In this document: positions 29,584 through 39,128 of the stretch, piece by piece
How positions within the stretch are numbered: the first letter of the stretch is position 1
How the letters are laid out: each line of letters starts with the position of its first letter
Source: an uncultured bacterium
GTDB taxonomy: Bacteria; Bacillota_I; Bacilli_A; RFN20; CAG-826
Length of the DNA: 64,000 nucleotides
Assembly (NCBI GenBank): GCA_949297305.1
Contig: CASFSG010000027.1
Location: 4,924 to 68,923 of the forward strand
Direction of reading: 5' to 3'
Made by a program: the position numbers and the translations under genes
Notes under the pieces: generated by a model
Seen by the model: the letters and a program-made list of their open reading frames with translations, nothing else
Databases searched by the model: none
Told to the model about the DNA's origin: nothing

Positions 29584-31038
29584 TCAATCAAATTTATTCG
29601 TCATATAGACATATTTAATCGCGCCTTCGATGCTTTGTTCTTTAGCTTCTAGGCCATATTTATCAACTTCTTTTTTATCTCTTACTTCGTGAGTTAAACA
29701 ACAAGGCCCACCAATACAACCATTCGTGCAAATCATCCCTTCGATGAAGTTATAAGGCTTTTCAGCGCCTTGCGATTTCACCAATAATTGACGGCACATA
29801 TCTAAACCATCACCAATTCCAGCGTTTAATTCAAAGTTGATATTTTGTTCTTTTAACGCTTCATTCACCGCATCATGGAGACCTCCACTACGCGCGAAGA
29901 TACGGCCAAAATAAGAAGCGTTATCTAACGGAGACTCTTCTAATTTTGAAGCGTCAATATCGCGACTATCGATTAAAGCCTGCAATTCTTCAAATGTTAA
30001 AACAGAATCGATGTATTGAGAAACTTTCGGACGTTTTATTTCTTGTTTTTTAGCAACGCATGGTCCAATAAATACAATTTTAGATGTTGGATCAACGGTT
30101 TTAATATATTGGGCAATCGTCGCCATCGGAGAAAGGTTTTCGGAAATATTCTCTTTTAATTTAGGAAATTTCTTTTCCACAAAACTAACAAAGGCTGGAC
30201 AACAACTTGATAGTAAAAAACCTTTTTCAGATAATTCTTTCGCTTCTTTATAAGCGACCATATCAGCCCCTAAAGCCGCTTCGACGACATTGTGGAAGCC
30301 TAATACTTCAATCGCTTTAATAATTTGCCCTAATGTTGCATATTTAAATTGTGAAGAAATCGAAGGGGCAATAATCGCGTATAAATGATATTTTCTAGAG
30401 AAATCGCTATCTTTAATCATATCGATGACATCGGTGATATAAGACACATCCATAATCGCACCGAAAGGACATTGATAGACACACTGACCGCATTGGATAC
30501 ATTTTTCGTCGTCGATTTCGGCAGCGAAGTTAGCGTCCGGTTTAATCGCTCCCATCTTGCAAGAGGCTTCGCAAGGGCGGGTATAATTAGTAATCGCATT
30601 ATATTGACAGGCTTTCGCACATAAACCGCAGTTGATACATTTGGTTTTATCAATATGGGCGGTACGAGTTTGTTGATCGAAAGTAATGGCTTTTCTAGGA
30701 CAAGCTTTTTCACAGCGATGAGCGATACAACCGCGACAATTGCGAGTGACTTCATAACCGCCTAAAGGACATTCGTCACAAGCAATTTTTAAAACTTGCA
30801 CGACATTATTGCGTGAGCGATCACCACCTAAAGCCATTCGCATTCTTTCTTGAACGATTGCTCTTTCTTTATAAACGCAGCAGCGAAATGTCGACTTTGG
30901 TCCAGGTGAAATAATTTCAGGAATTTTATTATAATCTTCTAGCAAGGTACCATTAAAATAGGCTTTCGCAACTTCTTTAAGGACACTGTATTTTAATTCT
31001 TGAACCCGGGTATCAAATTTAGCTTTAATCTCTTCCAT
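29584..31038 (-). CDS. Monomeric ferredoxin-type [FeFe]-hydrogenase (group B, HfsD/HydA2-like)
   Basis: H-cluster motifs SSCCPAF, GPCVAKKQE and EGMICTNGCIGG; N-terminal CCVYKER/CDEC and three CxxCxxCxxxC ferredoxin motifs. Confidence 0.93.
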   Translation of the reverse strand: MEEIKAKFDTRVQELKYSVLKEVAKAYFNGTLLEDYNKIPEIISPGPKSTFRCCVYKERAIVQERMRMALGGDRSRNNVVQVLKIACDECPLGGYEVTRNCRGCIAHRCEKACPRKAITFDQQTRTAHIDKTKCINCGLCAKACQYNAITNYTRPCEASCKMGAIKPDANFAAEIDDEKCIQCGQCVYQCPFGAIMDVSYITDVIDMIKDSDFSRKYHLYAIIAPSISSQFKYATLGQIIKAIEVLGFHNVVEAALGADMVAYKEAKELSEKGFLLSSCCPAFVSFVEKKFPKLKENISENLSPMATIAQYIKTVDPTSKIVFIGPCVAKKQEIKRPKVSQYIDSVLTFEELQALIDSRDIDASKLEESPLDNASYFGRIFARSGGLHDAVNEALKEQNINFELNAGIGDGLDMCRQLLVKSQGAEKPYNFIEGMICTNGCIGGPCCLTHEVRDKKEVDKYGLEAKEQSIEGAIKYVYMTNKFD

Positions 31039-31055
31039 AATAAAAACTCCAATCT

Positions 31056-32237
31056 TTAAAAATAACTTACTTTGATGGACTTATTCATCTTTTTAAGAGC
31101 TTTTGAGAGTTCATCCACCAGTTGCATTTTAGTATTAAAATTAATCGCTAAGCCTTCTTGCTGATGAGCGGGATTAATCGCGCAGCCAACAAAGAAATTT
31201 ATATCGGTGGCTTCTTCAAATAGTAAGCGAGCAATTTGTGAAGCGCCATCTTGTTTAAATGACCAGGTAAAATAATCTTTGTTATCACCAAAAACATTAT
31301 TAGCGTATTGTAAGACTTTATTAATTGTAATAACACCTTCAGTAACTAAATCTACCCCTTCAATATGAGCGGTAGGAGGTACTTCAGGATCAATATAATC
31401 TAAAGGAAATTCTAATTCTTTTTTCAAATATCTTGAAACGACACTTGAAGTTGTTCCGCCACAAACGATGTGTTTACCTTCTTTAGCGAAAAATAAAGAT
31501 AACATTTTACTATCGTCTTCGCGATTAGAAGCTGGACCAATCATTAAATTTACTTGTTTGCGGGGACGAATTTTAATCACCGCGCAGGTCGCGTCATCGC
31601 CCGGCTTGTTTTCATATAGGTCATTGACATGACTAACGATATAGGTGGCAAGGGATTTTGCCGAATATTTTTTGTCAAATAATCCTTCAGCATAATCGAT
31701 GACATCCATTAGTTCCCAACCAAAGTTCAGCGTCGCACCAATCCCAGCATGAATTACCCCATCACTCATCAAAAAGAAACTATCGTTTTCTAATAAATAT
31801 GTCGAGGCATATGAAATTGTTTTACCATCGATTATTTGGCTTCGCCAATCAAGAGGCGAATATTTTCCATTTCTTAATAAAAATGGTTGTGGATTATCAT
31901 AATTATAAACGACCGCTCGACGACTATTTGTTACATGAATAATTGTAAAAGTCGAATAAGCGACATTCCGCACTTTACAAACAGGCAAAGTCTCCATGAT
32001 AGTTCGAATGCTTTCTTCTAAGGGAATATCATGTGAAATTAAAGTTGATAAAATTTCGCTTGTTAAGGTGCTTAAAATATTAGCCTTAACCCCACTACCA
32101 AGACCATCGGCTAAAACGAGAGTAACCGTATTCTTGTTGGGATCAGATACTACTTGGACACAATCGCCACAAAGTTCTTCTTTGTCGTGATTAATTGATA
32201 AATAACCGATCTCAGTAATGAGATTACTCACCATCAT
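31056..32237 (-). CDS. SpoIIE/PP2C-family Ser/Thr phosphatase (HfsC-like)
   Basis: LCGD, LADGLGSGVKANILS, YSTFT, MSDGV, PGDDAT, plus the C-terminal HIVCGGTT...LVTEG domain. Confidence 0.92.
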   Translation of the reverse strand: MMVSNLITEIGYLSINHDKEELCGDCVQVVSDPNKNTVTLVLADGLGSGVKANILSTLTSEILSTLISHDIPLEESIRTIMETLPVCKVRNVAYSTFTIIHVTNSRRAVVYNYDNPQPFLLRNGKYSPLDWRSQIIDGKTISYASTYLLENDSFFLMSDGVIHAGIGATLNFGWELMDVIDYAEGLFDKKYSAKSLATYIVSHVNDLYENKPGDDATCAVIKIRPRKQVNLMIGPASNREDDSKMLSLFFAKEGKHIVCGGTTSSVVSRYLKKELEFPLDYIDPEVPPTAHIEGVDLVTEGVITINKVLQYANNVFGDNKDYFTWSFKQDGASQIARLLFEEATDINFFVGCAINPAHQQEGLAINFNTKMQLVDELSKALKKMNKSIKVSYF

Positions 32238-33912
32238 TTTTAATCGTATCCTTTAATGAAGAAAGAGCAATTTTGGTTTCCGCTGCGCTTTCACCAAGCA
32301 AAGAGGCAATTTCTTGAACAACGCGCATATTCTTTTCAATAACCGCATCAGCAATATCCACTGATTTATTGACAAATTCTTCTTTCTTTAAGACTTTCTT
32401 TTGCTCATCACTAATATCGCGGAAAATAGAAATAATAACATGATATTTTTCATCAAAGACAACCGTAGCTTCAACATATTTATCATATTCTGATAGATAT
32501 TCGCGACGATTGTGAATTTGTTCACCTGCTAAAGCCATCGCAAACATCCCTGGATCGAGAATTGTAGAGACATTTTTACCGATGACTTCGCGCGCATGCG
32601 TCACACCAACAATTTTACGCATCGCTGGATTAATTAATTGAATATTTAAATTTTCATCTAAGGCCATTAAACCATTTGGCACATTGAAGATAACTTTATC
32701 GGAGAAACTTTGAGCTTTTTGCATCAAGAAAGGTAGACACATTTCTTTAACGGCTTTACCTTCTAAAATGGCAATTGCTTTGTCGCGGCAAGAATCATAG
32801 CCACAAGAACCACAATTTAATTCATCTTGTTTAGTGTATTTACCCATTTCCAACAATTCTTTTTGAATATCGATATCGCTGGGGCGAGCTTTCGAAACAC
32901 CAGTGGAACTAAATTTAGTAACAATATCCTTGTAGCCATTATTTTTCACATTAAAATCTTCTTTGCCAGCTACTTTATGAACTTTTAAATATCCAGTTAA
33001 TAATGATCTAGCATTACCCTCGATGGCCGGACCATTGATGCAAGAACCAGCGCAGGCACTCATTTCAATAAAACAACGATGAACTTTGCCTTGACGAATA
33101 TCTTCTAAAGCCTCCATAACATTTGCCATTCCATCAATTGCTAAGTAGTCGTAATCAGGATTAGACTTTTCCATCGTGTTTAAAACACCACCGGTCGTCG
33201 GGAATAGGCGAGCTTTAGATTTTGTTAATTCTTTGGTTCCACCATCTTCAGTAAGTTCAAGACGTTCGCCTTTTAGCCATTCATTTAACTCGATGAAAGT
33301 CAAAACGGCGTCGACAAAATGATTTTTGTCACTATCAACTTCGTCTTTTTTAGCAATGCAAGGACCAATAAATACAACATAAGCATCGGGATATCTTTCT
33401 TTAATATCCTTACCGTGCGCTAGCATTGGTGACAAAACATCCGCTAAACAAGGGATTAAATCGGGATAATGCTTTTGAATGAGGAGGTTAATACTATGGC
33501 AACAAGTTGAAATAATCACATCGCGGTCATTGCTATTGACCATTTCATCATAAACTTTTTTAACTATCGTCGCCCCGATAGCGGTTTCTTCTACATCGTA
33601 AAAGCCTAATTTGATGAGATTTTCTCTTAGTTCATCAAACGAAACATTTAAGTAAGCCGAAACATAACTCGGGGCGAGCGATACAATCACTTTTTTGCCA
33701 CTACGAAGAAGAGTTTTTACTTTATTGACATCGTTGCGAATTTCTTTACAAGATTGTGGGCAAAGCAAGAAACAATGACCGCAAAGGACACAATCATCAT
33801 GAATAATACTTGCTTGATTGTCACTAAAAGAAATTGATTTAACTGGGCAACCGCGAATGCATTTATAGCAATTGCGACAATCGTTTTTGCGACTTTCTAA
33901 AGCGTAAATCAT
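32224..33912 (-). CDS. PAS-domain sensory [FeFe]-hydrogenase-like protein (group C, HydS/HfsB-like)
   Basis: Two N-terminal 4Fe-4S motifs; altered H-cluster motifs STCCHS, GPCIAKKDE and EMSACAGSCING; FeS motif NCGSCGYDSC...C; C-terminal PAS (VPNGLMALDENLNIQLINPAM) and coiled coil. Confidence 0.92.
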   Translation of the reverse strand: MIYALESRKNDCRNCYKCIRGCPVKSISFSDNQASIIHDDCVLCGHCFLLCPQSCKEIRNDVNKVKTLLRSGKKVIVSLAPSYVSAYLNVSFDELRENLIKLGFYDVEETAIGATIVKKVYDEMVNSNDRDVIISTCCHSINLLIQKHYPDLIPCLADVLSPMLAHGKDIKERYPDAYVVFIGPCIAKKDEVDSDKNHFVDAVLTFIELNEWLKGERLELTEDGGTKELTKSKARLFPTTGGVLNTMEKSNPDYDYLAIDGMANVMEALEDIRQGKVHRCFIEMSACAGSCINGPAIEGNARSLLTGYLKVHKVAGKEDFNVKNNGYKDIVTKFSSTGVSKARPSDIDIQKELLEMGKYTKQDELNCGSCGYDSCRDKAIAILEGKAVKEMCLPFLMQKAQSFSDKVIFNVPNGLMALDENLNIQLINPAMRKIVGVTHAREVIGKNVSTILDPGMFAMALAGEQIHNRREYLSEYDKYVEATVVFDEKYHVIISIFRDISDEQKKVLKKEEFVNKSVDIADAVIEKNMRVVQEIASLLGESAAETKIALSSLKDTIKNDGE

Positions 33913-33938
33913 AGTGGCCTCCTATTTAAAAAGTAAAA

Positions 33939-34187
33939 TTAATTTAATTTGTCTAAAATGTTCGCCTTAAATACTTCTTCGAAGTTATTTTTAGTAACAC
34001 CTGTGATAATTTCATCATCAACTTTGATGCAAACGCCACTGACTGCGCATTTACCTAAGCAGAATGTCGCTTTTAAAGCAACTTTTTCTTCTAAATGATG
34101 ATCGGCGATAGCCTTTTTCATCAAATCAATAATGTCATGACTACCTTTGAGGTGACATGAACTACCAACACAAACTAAAACTGTCAT
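33939..34187 (-). CDS. Thioredoxin-like [2Fe-2S] ferredoxin (NuoE-like, HfsA-like)
   Basis: VCVGSSCHLKGS...FCLGKC; 82 aa. Confidence 0.9.
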   Translation of the reverse strand: MTVLVCVGSSCHLKGSHDIIDLMKKAIADHHLEEKVALKATFCLGKCAVSGVCIKVDDEIITGVTKNNFEEVFKANILDKLN

Positions 34188-36805
34188 TAATCGATACCTT
34201 TATAAGCCTTTCTTAAAATTTCCATCATATCTTTAACAAGAGGAACTCTTGGGTTAGCGGGTGAGCATTGATCTTCATAAGCTAAAACAGCCATTTCTTC
34301 AATCTTAGCGTTCCAATCTTTTTCATCAATACCAAGTTTTTCAAAACCAGTTTCTAGTCCTATTTCAATCGCTAAATCTTTGACGGCTTTCGCTAAAGAT
34401 TCAGTGCCTTCTGCTGGAGTGGAGGCAGGTAAGCCTAATAGTTTTGCAATTTCTTGATACTTCTTATCGGCCTTATAAACATTATATTTCGGCCAAACCG
34501 ATAATTTGGTTGGAACTTGACCATTATAACGAATAACATAAGGAAGAACGATCGAGCAAGTATAACCATGAACTGTATGGAATTCCGCACCAATCTTATG
34601 AGCGAGAGCATGTGCCATACCTAAGAAAGCGTTTGCAAAAGCCATACCAGCGATGGTGGCAGCATTATGCATCTTTTCACGGGCTTCTAAATCGTGAGGA
34701 CCATCTTTAACGCAACGCGGTAAATATTCAAAAACTAATTTGATCGCTTGAAGTGCCAAACCATCAGTGTAATCATTCGCTAACACTGAAGCATAGGCTT
34801 CAATCGCGTGAGTTAAAACATCCATACCAGTCATTGCGGTTGGTTTTGGCGGTAAGGTAGTAACAAATTCAGGATCGACAATTGCGACAGTTGGAGTTAA
34901 TGAATAGTCAGTTAATGGATATTTTTTGTTATTTTTCTTATCGGAAATAACTGCGAATGGAGTAACTTCTGAGCCAGTACCAGAAGTCGTTGGAATACAA
35001 ATTAATTTGGATTTAATTCCAAGTTCAGGATATTTAAAGGCGCGCTTGCGAATATCCATGAATTTTTGTTTTAAATCATCGAAATTAACTTCGGGATGTT
35101 CATAGAATAACCACATACCCTTTGCAGCATCCATTGGAGAGCCACCACCAATTGCGATAATCGTGTCTGGACGGAAAGCTTCCATTAATTTAACGCCGCG
35201 ACGAACTGTCTCAATATCTGGATCTGGTTCAACATCGCAGAATAATTGAATTTGAACTTTGTTACGACGCATATTAAGTTGATCGGTTACGCGATTAACA
35301 TAACCAAAATCAACCATCGAACGGTCGGTGACAATAAAGACTTTATCTATGTCGCGGCAAGATTGTAAATATTGAATGGAATTACGTTCAAAATAAATCT
35401 TGCGAGGAACTTTAAACCATTGCATAGTGTTTCTCCTTTTACCAACTCTCTTAATATTTAATAAATTGACAGCGCTGACATTCCCACCGATTGAGTTGCG
35501 ACCATAAGAACCACAACCAAGAGTCATCGAAGGCAAGAATGAATTGTAAATATTACCAATACCACCAAAAGTGGAAGGCGAATTCCAAATAATGCGCATG
35601 GCTTTACATTTTTCACCATAAGCATCGGCCATCGCTTGTTCTTTACAATGAATAGCTGCACTATGACCTAAACCATTAAATTCAACACACTTGCTTGCGA
35701 CATCAAAACCTTCTTTATCGTTTTTGACTTTATAAACTGCTAGAACCGGTGAAAGTTTTTCTCTAGAAAGAGGTTCTTCAACCCCAACACTTTGGCACTT
35801 AACAGCGATGATGCAAGTGTCTTCTGGCACCGTAAAGCCGGCTTGTTCAGCAATATAAGAAGCCGACATACCAACAACTTTAGGATTTAAACGCGAGAGC
35901 TCAATATTCTTATCACCTTTAGCAAATCCAAACATATATTTTTCCAGTTTGGTCTTTTCGGCAGGCGTAGCAAAATATACTTTGAATCTCTTGAAGATTT
36001 CAATCGCTTCATCATAAACATCTTCGTCGATGATAACTGATTGCTCACTAGCGCAAACCATCCCATTATCAAAGGCTTTAGAAGAAACAATATCATTAAC
36101 AGCTTGCTCAACATTCGCGCTTTTATTAATGTAGGCAGGAACATTACCAGCACCAACGCCCATCGCCGGCTTACCACAACTATAGGCGGCTTTAACCATC
36201 GAATTACCACCAGTAGCTAAAATAGTTGCGACTCCTGTGTGATTCATTAAAGCGGTCGTTGCATCCATTGAAATTTGTTCAATCCATTGAATGCAATTTT
36301 TTGGCGCGCCTGCTGCTACAGCCGTATCTAACATAATTTGAGCAGCCATCTTCGAACATTGATGAGCGCTTGGGTGAAAGGAAAAGATGATTGGGTTACG
36401 AGTTTTTAAAGCAATTAAGCATTTAAAAATGACGGTACTAGTTGGATTAGTAACAGGTGTAATACCACAAATAACACCCATCGGATCAGCAATTTCTGTA
36501 ATCCCAGTTACTGGATCATCTTTAATGATGCCTACAGTTTTAAGATGTCGCATGTTATTGACGACATATTCGCAGGCAAATAAGTTTTTGGTCGCCTTGT
36601 CTTCAAATATACCACGTTTGGTTTCCTCGATTGCTGCGCGCGCTAATCGACCATGGTTATCAAGACCAGCAACCGAACATTTTGCGACTATATAGTCGAC
36701 TTGTTCTTGATTTAGTTTCAAAAATTCTTCGAGAGCTTTTTGACCATTCTTTACGAGACGATCAACTTCTTCAAAGGCATCAATAGAAACTATTTGTCCT
36801 TGCAT
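34187..36805 (-). CDS. adhE: Bifunctional acetaldehyde-CoA/alcohol dehydrogenase
   Basis: ALDH half has PVTNPTST, GVGAGN and GMVCASEQ. Fe-ADH half has GGGSPMD, PTTSGTGSE, DVLTHAIE and HALAHK. Confidence 0.98.
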   Translation of the reverse strand: MQGQIVSIDAFEEVDRLVKNGQKALEEFLKLNQEQVDYIVAKCSVAGLDNHGRLARAAIEETKRGIFEDKATKNLFACEYVVNNMRHLKTVGIIKDDPVTGITEIADPMGVICGITPVTNPTSTVIFKCLIALKTRNPIIFSFHPSAHQCSKMAAQIMLDTAVAAGAPKNCIQWIEQISMDATTALMNHTGVATILATGGNSMVKAAYSCGKPAMGVGAGNVPAYINKSANVEQAVNDIVSSKAFDNGMVCASEQSVIIDEDVYDEAIEIFKRFKVYFATPAEKTKLEKYMFGFAKGDKNIELSRLNPKVVGMSASYIAEQAGFTVPEDTCIIAVKCQSVGVEEPLSREKLSPVLAVYKVKNDKEGFDVASKCVEFNGLGHSAAIHCKEQAMADAYGEKCKAMRIIWNSPSTFGGIGNIYNSFLPSMTLGCGSYGRNSIGGNVSAVNLLNIKRVGKRRNTMQWFKVPRKIYFERNSIQYLQSCRDIDKVFIVTDRSMVDFGYVNRVTDQLNMRRNKVQIQLFCDVEPDPDIETVRRGVKLMEAFRPDTIIAIGGGSPMDAAKGMWLFYEHPEVNFDDLKQKFMDIRKRAFKYPELGIKSKLICIPTTSGTGSEVTPFAVISDKKNNKKYPLTDYSLTPTVAIVDPEFVTTLPPKPTAMTGMDVLTHAIEAYASVLANDYTDGLALQAIKLVFEYLPRCVKDGPHDLEAREKMHNAATIAGMAFANAFLGMAHALAHKIGAEFHTVHGYTCSIVLPYVIRYNGQVPTKLSVWPKYNVYKADKKYQEIAKLLGLPASTPAEGTESLAKAVKDLAIEIGLETGFEKLGIDEKDWNAKIEEMAVLAYEDQCSPANPRVPLVKDMMEILRKAYKGID

Positions 36806-37450
36806 TTAACAATTCTCCTTTTCTTTTAATAATTGTAAACGATGAGAAAATTTAGCAAGAGAGCTCGCTAAATTCATATCTTCAATAACTACGCCGCTAG
36901 TAGCATAAATAAAAGCACCGGTGAAATTCCAGATACCTTTAATCCCACAATTAATTAAAAGATTGCTAACTTCTTGAGCCGCCTCAAGCGGAGTAGTTAA
37001 AATAGCAATTTTAATATTGTGTCTTGCAAGTATAGCCGACATGTCATCGATATTATAAATCGGCTTACCATTGATAGATTTCCCAAATAAATCAGGATTA
37101 CAATCAAAACCCATTACAATATCGAGGCCATAGTTATTGAAACCTTTAAAATTCATAAATGCTTGGCCTAAATGACCAACACCTACAACAATTGCTAGAC
37201 TCGACGAATTATAGCCTAAAAAAGATTTTAAGTCAGAAATTAATTCATCAATTTCGCGACCAAATTTTGGACGGCCTACTTTCGAAGAAATAGCTTGTAA
37301 ATCCTTACGAACCTGTTCGACGTTTAAACCTAAGGCGCGAGCAATTTTAGGAGCGCTAGTCATCACTTCACCGCTTTCCTTTAAACCAAATAAATGATTT
37401 AAGTACATCGGGTAGCGTTCAAGTTGTCGCTTAGAAATGTTGCTTTGCAT
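36806..37450 (-). CDS. rex: Redox-sensing transcriptional repressor Rex
   Basis: Winged HTH (ERYPMY...VRKDL...GRPKFG), Rossmann fold VVGVGHLG, GIKGIWNFT. Start at ATG 37450 has a GGAGG RBS; the ORF track starts at TTG 37468. Confidence 0.93.
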   Translation of the reverse strand: MQSNISKRQLERYPMYLNHLFGLKESGEVMTSAPKIARALGLNVEQVRKDLQAISSKVGRPKFGREIDELISDLKSFLGYNSSSLAIVVGVGHLGQAFMNFKGFNNYGLDIVMGFDCNPDLFGKSINGKPIYNIDDMSAILARHNIKIAILTTPLEAAQEVSNLLINCGIKGIWNFTGAFIYATSGVVIEDMNLASSLAKFSHRLQLLKEKENC

Positions 37451-37463
37451 TTTTTCCTCCATC

Positions 37464-37478
37464 GTCAACTATGTTGAC
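37464..37478. promoter_or_regulatory. Palindromic candidate operator upstream of rex
   Basis: Perfect inverted repeat GTCAAC-TAT-GTTGAC between a TG-extended -10 (TGCTATCTT, minus strand) and the RBS. Confidence 0.5.
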
Positions 37479-37544
37479 ACATATAAGATAGCACCAAAAA
37501 ATAAAATATACTATATTTTTTTACTGATAACGCTTACATTTTTA

Positions 37545-39128
37545 TTAGTGTTGGCTTATAGAATTTATATAAGCAATTTCTTCGTCCTTTTTTAGGCGCG
37601 GGAAAAGCGGGTTACCTTTACTAATTTTTGTCCCTGCTAAATGGTTGAATTCTTTAACAAACTCATAAGAGTGTTGTTTTTTAGATAAACCAAATTGTTG
37701 ATAGATTTTAGGCGCGGTTTCAACTAGGCAACATTCTAACATCATCGTTGCATTAATAATGACATTAGCTAAGGACGCCATTACATTTTCTAATCCTGAA
37801 ATATCACTAGCTTTAGCCAAAGTCCAAGGTTCGCTTTCTTCGATGTATTTATTAGCTGCACCAAGTAACTCCATAACTTTTGCTAAACTTTCGGTTATTT
37901 TTAAATCATCCATCAACGATTCATATTCATCGACAGTTTTTACCAGCAAATCCCCAAGATTTTTATCTAAATCTCGCATATTTTGATTATGAGATGGAAT
38001 GATTCCATCAAAATATTTATTAATCATAGTCAAGGTGCGATTAACTAAATTTCCTAAATTGTTTGCCAAATCTAAATTAATTCTTTCAACAAATAGTTCA
38101 GGGGTAAAACGTCCATCTGATCCAAACGAAAATTCACGCGCTAAAAACCACCTTAAGGCGTCAACACCATATCGCTCAATCAGCGGCAAAGGAGAAACGA
38201 CATTTCCGCGCGATTTAGACATCTTTTCACCATTTAAATCTAATAGGCCATGTACAAAAATGCGATCGGGAAAACGAAGATTAAGACCTTTTAAAAACAT
38301 CGGCCAATAAATAATATGGAAACGCGAAATATCTGCTCCAACTACATGAATAATTTCTGTTTCTTCGTCTAACCAAAATTTCTTAAATAAAGAATCATTC
38401 TCGTTTAAATAGCCTAAGGCACTTATATAGTTAGTCAAAGCATCCATCCAAACATAGGTCACATGTTTAGGGTTTTCTAAAATTGGAACACCCCAATCAA
38501 AAGACGTTCGCGAAATACATAAATCTTCAAGACCCGGTTTGATGAATGTATTCATCATTTCATTTTTACGAGTAATAGGCGTAATAAATTTAGGGTGTTC
38601 GTCCATAAAACGAAGCAAGTCAGGTAGATATTTTTTGGTATTAAAGAAATAGGCTTCTTCTTTATCTTTGTGAACTGGACGATGGCAATCGGGGCAAAGG
38701 TGTTCTTCACCTACTTGTGTTTCCGTCCAAAAAGATTCACAAGGGGTACAATACCAGCCTTCATAATTACCTAAATAGATGTCGCCGTTTTGATATAAAT
38801 GCGAAAACACTTGTTGTACGACTTTGATGTGTCTTTCTTCGGTTGTCCGAATAAAGTCATCATTAGATATTTTGAGAGTTCGCCATAAATTCTGGAAATT
38901 ATTCGCGATTTCGTCAACGAATTCTTGTGGTGTCTTATTAACTTTTTCGGCGTTTTTTTGGATTTTTTCTCCGTGCTCATCAGTGCCGGTTAAAAAATAT
39001 GTTTCATAACCTCTAATTCTTTTATTGCGCGCGAAAATATCGCACATTGTTGTACAATAGGCGTGCCCGATATGCGCATTTGCGCTTGGATAATAAATTG
39101 GTGTGGTAATATAAAATTTCTTTTTCAT
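37545..39128 (-). CDS. metG: Methionine--tRNA ligase (short form, no C-terminal tRNA-binding domain)
   Basis: FYITTPIYYP, HIGH, LTGTDEHG, CTPC/CPDC knuckle, KMSKS. ATG at 39128 overlaps the upstream TGA. Confidence 0.98.
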   Translation of the reverse strand: MKKKFYITTPIYYPSANAHIGHAYCTTMCDIFARNKRIRGYETYFLTGTDEHGEKIQKNAEKVNKTPQEFVDEIANNFQNLWRTLKISNDDFIRTTEERHIKVVQQVFSHLYQNGDIYLGNYEGWYCTPCESFWTETQVGEEHLCPDCHRPVHKDKEEAYFFNTKKYLPDLLRFMDEHPKFITPITRKNEMMNTFIKPGLEDLCISRTSFDWGVPILENPKHVTYVWMDALTNYISALGYLNENDSLFKKFWLDEETEIIHVVGADISRFHIIYWPMFLKGLNLRFPDRIFVHGLLDLNGEKMSKSRGNVVSPLPLIERYGVDALRWFLAREFSFGSDGRFTPELFVERINLDLANNLGNLVNRTLTMINKYFDGIIPSHNQNMRDLDKNLGDLLVKTVDEYESLMDDLKITESLAKVMELLGAANKYIEESEPWTLAKASDISGLENVMASLANVIINATMMLECCLVETAPKIYQQFGLSKKQHSYEFVKEFNHLAGTKISKGNPLFPRLKKDEEIAYINSISQH

